This document shows, piece by piece, positions 55,562-61,978 of a DNA stretch of 61,978 nt. Position 1 is the first letter of the stretch, and each line of letters starts with the position of its first letter. The notes under the pieces are model-generated. The model saw only the letters and a list, made by a program, of their open reading frames with translations. It did not search any database and was not told where the DNA came from. Position numbers and translations under genes: made by a program. The stretch is taken from IMG/VR virus record IMGVR_UViG_3300037042_000313, positions 1 to 61,978 of that record; one strand, written 5' to 3'. Source of the stretch: a virus. Its lineage: Duplodnaviria > Caudoviricetes.

Positions 55562-56538
55562 TCACCTCTTTTCAGTTGAGCAACCTGTTTCGCGTACAGT
55601 TCCAAAGGCACCCCAAGCCTACGAGCAATCGCAGCTTCTGATGCCTTCAACTTAATACGGTTAGGCGGTGTACTGCGTGTAGCCGGGGCTACTACAGTAG
55701 ATGGTTTTGTGGCACGGCGGGGGGTACTATCCTCATCCGGTTCTGATGACCTTTTCGGAGGCGGTTCATCATCCTCATCGCTCTGAGCAATATCAAACTG
55801 CTCAGGAAACCTCTTACGCATCGTCTTATCAATGGTATCAAAGTATTCTTTGCTGCCTATGAAGTCTGCACCATACTCTCGCTGCAAACGTCTGTCAAGC
55901 CCCATCGCTGCGGCGGTCATTTCTTCATCCTTACCCCACCAATCACTATTGGCTTCGACCCAGCGTTGAGTACGTGGATGTTCAATAGCTTTCGGTGCAA
56001 CGGCAGGTTGGTATTCTTTCTCCTCAACCTCGATTGGCCGCATAACTGAAGCTCGTTCCAGCTTCATCGCCGCCTGAGTAATCTCAGCGTTTGCATCGGT
56101 AAGAGCGTCGGCATCACCGCTCTCGTACGCCTCCTTGTACTTCTTCTTAGCTACTTGAAGTTCAGTCTCAGCGGCAGTCTTCGATGTCTCGATGTATGCC
56201 TTGCTGCCGGTAGAAAGCTGCTGTTGGAGACGTTTGTTCTCCTCGAATACCTGCTTGGCGAAGGTCTCGGCAGCGCCACGTTCCCGCTGTGCTTCTTCCT
56301 TGGCCCGACGCTCGTCGTGGTATCCACGGGTGAACTTCTTAATCCGTGCTTGTACTTTCTCGTCATACGAAGAAAGCTCTTCATCCGTAGGGTCTTCTAC
56401 GGGTTCCTTCATCGGCTTGCGATTGCGGTCACCTACCGGGGTGTCATCCTCAATCTCTACCTCAAACTTGTCGTCTTCGACAGCAGCTTTCGCTTTCTGC
56501 TTAGCCTCGATCTCGTCGGGAAACTCAAAATCGTCCAT
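55558..56538 (-). CDS. Putative scaffolding protein
   Basis: Acidic coiled coil; C-terminal A.IA..LGVPLE.YAK; between portal and MCP. Confidence 0.7.
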   Translation of the reverse strand: MDDFEFPDEIEAKQKAKAAVEDDKFEVEIEDDTPVGDRNRKPMKEPVEDPTDEELSSYDEKVQARIKKFTRGYHDERRAKEEAQRERGAAETFAKQVFEENKRLQQQLSTGSKAYIETSKTAAETELQVAKKKYKEAYESGDADALTDANAEITQAAMKLERASVMRPIEVEEKEYQPAVAPKAIEHPRTQRWVEANSDWWGKDEEMTAAAMGLDRRLQREYGADFIGSKEYFDTIDKTMRKRFPEQFDIAQSDEDDEPPPKRSSEPDEDSTPRRATKPSTVVAPATRSTPPNRIKLKASEAAIARRLGVPLELYAKQVAQLKRGE

Positions 56539-56548
56539 GTCTTACTCC

Positions 56549-56968
56549 TTAACTAGCACGCGTTATGCCACGCGGGTCTTGAACTACCGCCTCAACTGAG
56601 TCATCGTTGATGATGCGGAATTCACGGTTGTGAATCTTCAAACGGGTACCAGAATTGGGTCGGCAGATAACGAAATCGCCTTCCTTACACGACGGACCAC
56701 TAGGGAACCGTGTCTTATCCTTGTACGCATCGGGACCAACCTTGACTACGAACAATACTGGGGTCAGCATCTCCTCGTAGTACATGGTTTTGGAGTCCTT
56801 GATGATTCCAATTTCGCTGTTCTGATACTCTTCAATCGCATCAGGTACAACACACAAAATATGGAACGTCTTGGGGTCAGGCAACTGCTTGGCTTTTTGG
56901 TCTGTATCCTTGTTCAGGAGGCCAGACAAATCTACCGCAGCGTTTTTGAACTTAAGAAGGTCACTCAT
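56549..56968 (-). CDS. GroES-like co-chaperonin
   Basis: LP.P...ILC...GII...VVKVGPDAY...CKEGDFV...G......FRIINDD.V.AVV. Confidence 0.8.
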   Translation of the reverse strand: MSDLLKFKNAAVDLSGLLNKDTDQKAKQLPDPKTFHILCVVPDAIEEYQNSEIGIIKDSKTMYYEEMLTPVLFVVKVGPDAYKDKTRFPSGPSCKEGDFVICRPNSGTRLKIHNREFRIINDDSVEAVVQDPRGITRAS

Positions 56969-57158
56969 CGTCGGATTCCACTTTCTGCACAAGGTCGTTG
57001 ATAATGTTTTCTGCAAGGTTTAGACCAAGGATTACCCCGCAGACGTGACGGTACTCGTCATGACTAACTGCTCGACCGGCAGAGATGTAAGCTACCCGGT
57101 CATCCCGTAGCTTATGCATCTCTTTGACCACTACCGCTAGTACTTTATATCCGTCCAA
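56961..57158 (-). CDS. Small conserved protein (65 aa)
   Basis: G.A....EY..VCG.I.GL; between portal and GroES. Confidence 0.65.
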   Translation of the reverse strand: MDGYKVLAVVVKEMHKLRDDRVAYISAGRAVSHDEYRHVCGVILGLNLAENIINDLVQKVESDDE

Positions 57159-57161
57159 TGT

Positions 57162-59669
57162 TTACCCTTTAGTTGAAGTTTTGCTAGGCTGGTTTCGTTG
57201 CGCTGCCCGTTGCGCCATTTGCACAGACATTTGCGCCTTATGTTTGGCAATGTCTGCACCAATCTTTGTACCGCCAAGTTCAATCTGACGATCCAGTTTG
57301 TCGCGTGCAGCGGCTGCAGTAGCACCAACCTGCATAGCCGCGATCTCTTTCTGTGCGTCAATACGATCCCGCTCGATATCAAGCTGGTCGGCTTTAGTTG
57401 CAGCGTCGATCTTTTGCTTCTCTTGCTTGAGCTTGATCTCTTGCATCTTGATTTGAAGTTCTTGCTGCTGCATCTGCACGATTGGGTCTTGCAACTGCTG
57501 CTGCGCCTTCTTCTGCTGGGCTTCTTGGCCGTGCTGCTGGAGAAGCTGCTGCGAGGCTTGCATAGTCATCATGGCAACTTGCTCGGCCATCTCAGGAGGC
57601 ATGTTCTTGGTTTGCTCCTCAGTCGGCAACGTGGTACCCATAATCTGCTCAATGCGCTTGCGGTACTCGAACGCAATATGCTCGTTGATGTGGTCCATAG
57701 CTGCACCACCAATAGCCTGAGCCTTGGGGTTATTCGCCATCAACTCTTGGATATGCGGGTCTTGCATCGCAGCCATGTGCACTTGGATGTGTGCTTGGTG
57801 GTTCTGCTGGATGAACGCCTTCACAGGCTTGCCCGTCAACAGATTCTGCGTTTCCTGCACTGGGTCGGTAGGAACTTGATCGTCCTCAACAGGAACGAGT
57901 TTTGCCGCGTCTTTGACCCCAAGAACCTCAATCATGCTGCGGTGCAACAGGGGGAGGTTGTATAGATTAGGGGCAGACTGGGCCAACTGGAACACGGCTT
58001 GATAAGTCACGATCTTCTGTGCCATCGTCGCTGCGTTCGGGTCCGACACAGGGATCACGTCCACCATGTCGTAGTCGGCCTTCTTGACCTGACGGCTAGC
58101 GTCTACTGGGTCGTAGTCATACTCCTCCGGCGTATAGTCGGCAATGATGACCTTCAGGAGCTTGAACTCCTGCTTCATGGCATAGTGCATACGGGACTGC
58201 ACAGCCGTCATCACCTTCAGAGTGCGCTCAAGAATCGCCAACGTCGTCCCGACTGGGGCGTTGCTGGACATATCCGACACCTTCATATCACCAGCAGACG
58301 CGAACGCACGCCCTTCTTGCACGATCCTGTCGAACAGGGTGTACAAAACTTGGCTTGGTTCCTTGTATGGGAGCGGTAGAATGTTATCGCGGATGCTTCC
58401 TGAAGGCACATCTACGTCCCGGAATTCGCCCGGAGCGATTGGGGTGTCATCACCCTTGATTCGCAAACCCCGGCTCTTGAGACCACCGGGGAGGTTAGAC
58501 AGCGTACCGGCATCCACTAACTGACGAATCAGCATGGTGGCGCTCTTGGCATACCCACCGATGAGGTGGATCAGACCGTAGCCATAGAAGCCGAAGCCGG
58601 GGATATATTGATAGTGGACGAAGTGCTGGCGCTTGGTATGGAGTTCATCGCCCTCGTACCAATTCCTACGGATAGCCAGAATCTCCCCCGTACCCTTCTC
58701 AACTGTCACTACGTAAGGAAGGGCAATCCCCGTCTCACGGCCCTTCTTGTCCTTATGCTCGAACCCCGGCAGGTCCAAGTCCACGTGCATCTCCAAGATG
58801 CGGAACCGCTCGTCGTTCAGGGCGGTCATGCCCGTCTCTTCGGCTTTCTGCTTCTCAATGTCATCAAGCTCATGGCTCGGCTCGCCCAACTCCACGTCGG
58901 CGTAGAACCCAGCTTCTTGCAGCTTCAGCACTTCATTCTTGGTCTTGCGCATCACGTGCGTGACCCGCTCGGCAGTCTCAAGGGATGAGGCACCATACGG
59001 AACTACGATGTCCTCGGCGGGGATAAACACCGCCATTTGACGGCCCTTGCTTGGGTCGTAGTACACCTTCTTGAACGCTGAACCGGCCAGCGGCAGATTC
59101 CACAACAGCTTCTCATGCTCGGGGCGATACTCACTCATCACCTCGGTAAGCTGGTAGTTCATGTCCTCGCGCACACGAGCAGCGGCTTCTTCACGTTTAC
59201 GGTCGATAGCCCCAACAATCAGGGTCTTGACTGGCCCCGCAGCGGGGAAAGTCTCCATCATGGACTCGGACTGGAACCGTACAACTGACTCGGTGAGCAT
59301 CGGATGGAACACGCCACATGCGCCTTGCCAAGGCTCGGTGCGCTCTTCGTACTTCAGCCCCAACAACTTCAGACCATCTACATATGTAGACATCCAATCC
59401 TTGCGATCACCAACGTCCTTGGTGAAGTCCTCGATCAAATCAGAGCCAAGGGAGTCCAAAGCGGAACCATCCATGTACTCGGCGAGGTTCGCATCGAACG
59501 TCTCAGCAGTTTCTTTCTCCGGGGTGAGGGAGATTTCCATATCACCAATGCCGATGTTTACTTCCTCGGGGTCTTCAATCTCGATCTCGATATCTGGGCT
59601 ATCTTCCGCGCCCATTTGATCCAACCCCATTGGGGCTGCGTACAACCCTTTGTCCATATTGCCAGCCAT
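57162..59669 (-). CDS. Portal protein (P22-like, long Q-rich barrel)
   Basis: Follows terL; HPMLTE.V.RFQ, LPLAGSAFKKVYYD, FYG.GL.HLIG; Q-rich coiled C-terminus. Confidence 0.88.
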   Translation of the reverse strand: MAGNMDKGLYAAPMGLDQMGAEDSPDIEIEIEDPEEVNIGIGDMEISLTPEKETAETFDANLAEYMDGSALDSLGSDLIEDFTKDVGDRKDWMSTYVDGLKLLGLKYEERTEPWQGACGVFHPMLTESVVRFQSESMMETFPAAGPVKTLIVGAIDRKREEAAARVREDMNYQLTEVMSEYRPEHEKLLWNLPLAGSAFKKVYYDPSKGRQMAVFIPAEDIVVPYGASSLETAERVTHVMRKTKNEVLKLQEAGFYADVELGEPSHELDDIEKQKAEETGMTALNDERFRILEMHVDLDLPGFEHKDKKGRETGIALPYVVTVEKGTGEILAIRRNWYEGDELHTKRQHFVHYQYIPGFGFYGYGLIHLIGGYAKSATMLIRQLVDAGTLSNLPGGLKSRGLRIKGDDTPIAPGEFRDVDVPSGSIRDNILPLPYKEPSQVLYTLFDRIVQEGRAFASAGDMKVSDMSSNAPVGTTLAILERTLKVMTAVQSRMHYAMKQEFKLLKVIIADYTPEEYDYDPVDASRQVKKADYDMVDVIPVSDPNAATMAQKIVTYQAVFQLAQSAPNLYNLPLLHRSMIEVLGVKDAAKLVPVEDDQVPTDPVQETQNLLTGKPVKAFIQQNHQAHIQVHMAAMQDPHIQELMANNPKAQAIGGAAMDHINEHIAFEYRKRIEQIMGTTLPTEEQTKNMPPEMAEQVAMMTMQASQQLLQQHGQEAQQKKAQQQLQDPIVQMQQQELQIKMQEIKLKQEKQKIDAATKADQLDIERDRIDAQKEIAAMQVGATAAAARDKLDRQIELGGTKIGADIAKHKAQMSVQMAQRAAQRNQPSKTSTKG

Positions 59670-59678
59670 TTTGTGTCC

Positions 59679-61202
59679 TTAAACTGTGTAGAACCGCTCT
59701 CTGCGCGGACTTTTGAACCATTCAACTTCTTCAGCCTCGTCAGTCGGCAGTCTCAGAAACCCACCTTGACGGAACCGCATAAGAGCTAGGGTCGTCGCAT
59801 CCACCAAGTCATCGTGCTCGCCTGATGGGAACTCAGCGACTTCATCCACTAACTCCTCAGCCCAACGAGTTTGTGGTACCCACACTTTCCCAGAGGCAAT
59901 TATGTCCGAGACTGCGTTCAAACGGGCGATCTTGTCTTGACCCTTGGACGGCGTGTACTCCTGCACCGGTATGCCCATCGCTCGCAGGTCGTAAATCAGC
60001 GGAGCCCCCGATGCCTTTTTCTCGATCAATATGCCATCAGGCTCGTACTTGTTGTACTCCTTGAGCACGTCTTTCTTCAGGTCCGGGTACTCGACTCGCT
60101 TCTTATATGTGTTGAGCAAGATGATGTTAGGCCTGTTCCCGTCCTTGCGGCAGTTAAATATGCCCCACGTCGTCCCTGCGGAGTAGTCGGCACGATTGTT
60201 CTTCTCGAACGCAGTGTCCCAAGTCTGAAGTATGTAGTCGCACTCAGGCGGTTCATCTTCTTCCCACCACTGCCACCAATCTCGCTTGACGATGGCGCTC
60301 TCGTTACCAACAGGATTCTGCTGATACTGTGCTTGCCACTTTGCGTTAGGCAGTTCTTCCTTGAGCGCTTCTAGTTCTTCAATAGACCAGAACTGAGGCC
60401 ACAGTGGGTTGCCACTAGGCAGAATTGCCGGGAACTCAATGACCTCCCACTCCTCTCCACCCCGTTGAGCCGCACTCTTAAGTACCTGCCCAGTCAAATC
60501 CCTCTGACTCCAGCGCGTCATCACGATAACGATGGCTCCTCCCGGCTGCAGACGCTGCCGTGGGCCCGATGTATACCACTCGTACACTTTATCGTATACG
60601 TCTGGGTTGATAGCCGCCTGTGCAGCCTCTTGCTCTGAGTGTGGGTCGTCGATGATGAGCACATCAGCGCCCTTACCTGTCACCGCACCGCCTACACCAA
60701 TAGCGAAGTAGTCACCACCCTTGCTCGTATTCCATCTACCGGCTGCTTTCGAGTCAACTTGGAGGGAAAGTTCGGGGAAAACCTCTTTATATGTCTCGGA
60801 ATCGACCAAATTCCGCACTTTCCGACCAAAACCGACAGCTAATTCAGCCGTGTGTGAGGTTTGAATGACCTTTTTGTTTGGGAACCGCCCCAAGAACCAC
60901 GCAGGGAGTAGATAAGAGGCAAATTCGCTCTTGGTATGGCGCGGAGGCATGTTGATGATGAGCCGTTTGCACGTACCCGCAGCAACTCTCTCGAACGCTT
61001 CAGCCATTCTGCGGTGGTGAGCACCTGCAATGAACGCTGGCCAAGCCTTTTCCACGAACTTGATGAACTTCTTCTGGCAAAGCTCCCGTTCCTTCATATG
61101 CTCCAGCTTGATTAGCTGAGCTTCGAGCACGCGCATATCCGACTCAGACAACTTGCCCGAGTTAATCAGCGTTTCAATGTCTGAGAGAGTGATCTCACTC
61201 AT
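59679..61202 (-). CDS. terL: Terminase large subunit
   Basis: RLIINMPPRHTKS, IIDDP, MTRW, QYQQNP, WDTA, IEKKASG, FP.G.HDDLVD. Confidence 0.95.
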   Translation of the reverse strand: MSEITLSDIETLINSGKLSESDMRVLEAQLIKLEHMKERELCQKKFIKFVEKAWPAFIAGAHHRRMAEAFERVAAGTCKRLIINMPPRHTKSEFASYLLPAWFLGRFPNKKVIQTSHTAELAVGFGRKVRNLVDSETYKEVFPELSLQVDSKAAGRWNTSKGGDYFAIGVGGAVTGKGADVLIIDDPHSEQEAAQAAINPDVYDKVYEWYTSGPRQRLQPGGAIVIVMTRWSQRDLTGQVLKSAAQRGGEEWEVIEFPAILPSGNPLWPQFWSIEELEALKEELPNAKWQAQYQQNPVGNESAIVKRDWWQWWEEDEPPECDYILQTWDTAFEKNNRADYSAGTTWGIFNCRKDGNRPNIILLNTYKKRVEYPDLKKDVLKEYNKYEPDGILIEKKASGAPLIYDLRAMGIPVQEYTPSKGQDKIARLNAVSDIIASGKVWVPQTRWAEELVDEVAEFPSGEHDDLVDATTLALMRFRQGGFLRLPTDEAEEVEWFKSPRRERFYTV

Positions 61203-61821
61203 CGTTCTGGTCTTGCTCTTGTACTTCTTGTATGTCTTGTGGCTCTTCGTACTCGGTTGGAGCTATCTTGGTATTCCCTAACTGCGCATCCAGATCGTCT
61301 AGCGGGATGATGTCCGTCACGTCTGAGTTCAACAGGCGCTTGACCCGCTCCTTGATACTGTTCTCAAGGGCTACTGATGTGGTGTGATGCACAGTTATCT
61401 CACTGCGCTCGGTGAACAGGCCAATGTCGCTGTGCTTGCCAAGTAACTCTAGTGCTCGGAGTTCCAGCTTGGGGTCTCCGCAGTCAGACAGGCTGAGCAG
61501 CTTGTTAGTTATGTAGTTCCGGGCTTGTAGCGCATCCGCAAATGAACTGAAGTCGAACCGCTTAACTAGAGCATGGGCTGCAGCGGCTTCTGAAGGAGAC
61601 GACAAATGCTTGGGGACACTTGGCTTGTCGGTACCTTGGATGAGTTCTGCAGCTCTGTGCAGGTCTTCGTCTCCATAACTGATGTCGCCACCGAGTTCTT
61701 TGAGGAAGTCGATTGTGTTTGTGGCAACAGCAATGCTATCTGCATGGGTCTTTGGCTGCTCATCAGATAGGTCAAAGGGCAGTGGGACTGCCGCAGTAGG
61801 TTCAATTTTTTGCATGTGCAC
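61195..61821 (-). CDS. Putative terminase small subunit
   Basis: First late gene, overlaps terL start; LRALELLGK..DIGLF. Confidence 0.6.
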   Translation of the reverse strand: MHMQKIEPTAAVPLPFDLSDEQPKTHADSIAVATNTIDFLKELGGDISYGDEDLHRAAELIQGTDKPSVPKHLSSPSEAAAAHALVKRFDFSSFADALQARNYITNKLLSLSDCGDPKLELRALELLGKHSDIGLFTERSEITVHHTTSVALENSIKERVKRLLNSDVTDIIPLDDLDAQLGNTKIAPTEYEEPQDIQEVQEQDQNDE

Positions 61822-61829
61822 CGGTATTA

Positions 61830-61955
61830 GCGGGATGTTGCCGAGAATGTAACAGAAAAATATATGGGGGTGGGGGGTGTACGAAAAGAAAAAGCATGGG
61901 GGTGGGTTCTAGGTACGTTCTCCGCCCACTCCCTAACCAGAATACAATATACCCT
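61830..61955. repeat. Terminal direct repeat, right copy (126 bp)
   Basis: Identical to 1-126; the last 23 nt of the window diverge. Confidence 0.9.
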
Positions 61956-61978
61956 GGCCGCGGGGGGGTCGGGAGTTG

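Noticed and set aside
22433-60842. Numerous + strand ORFs in the late arm (and - strand ORFs in the early arm)
   Set aside because: Antisense shadows of well-supported genes with no SD or recognisable motifs
1-61978. Integrase, tRNA genes, phage RNA polymerase, spanins, alternative genetic code
   Set aside because: No motifs recognised by eye, and standard-code ORFs tile the genome densely; a tRNAscan/HMM run would be needed to be certain

Overview
This window looks like an essentially complete, about 61.8-kb tailed dsDNA phage genome (Caudoviricetes, podovirus-like; no tape-measure or sheath genes seen). Bases 1-126 are repeated at 61830-61955. There are two converging arms. The + strand early/replication arm (about 0.5-22.1 kb) carries a MoxR-like AAA ATPase, a metallopeptidase-VWA protein, small DNA-binding proteins, VRR-NUC, family A DNA polymerase, a PD-(D/E)XK nuclease, SNF2 helicase, an SSB-like protein and an AEP primase-DUF927 helicase. 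The - strand late arm (61.8 to 22.2 kb) carries terS/terL, portal, a GroES-like protein, scaffold, major capsid, head fibre, many small basic proteins, adaptor/tail proteins, a glycosyl- and methyltransferase, fibres, holin/GH108 endolysin and three internal (ejection-type) proteins. I saw no integrase, tRNA or CRISPR array. The most striking unexplained signal is a 13-bp palindrome, consensus CTAAC-AAW-GTTAG on either strand. By eye I count 22 copies of its TAAC-N3-GTTA core between 1737 and 17526 (21 with an all-A/T centre), and no perfect A/T-centred copy in the other 44 kb. Copies lie inside ORFs, on start codons/SD sites and after promoters, and its half-site also builds the origin-like repeat region at 1.8-2.3 kb. 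Other leads are a DDxxD prenyltransferase-like gene between ejection proteins, a shared phi-x-x-GG motif in many virion proteins, and a glycosyltransferase next to a Ser/Thr-repeat virion protein. All product calls come from motif recognition by eye; no database searches were run.
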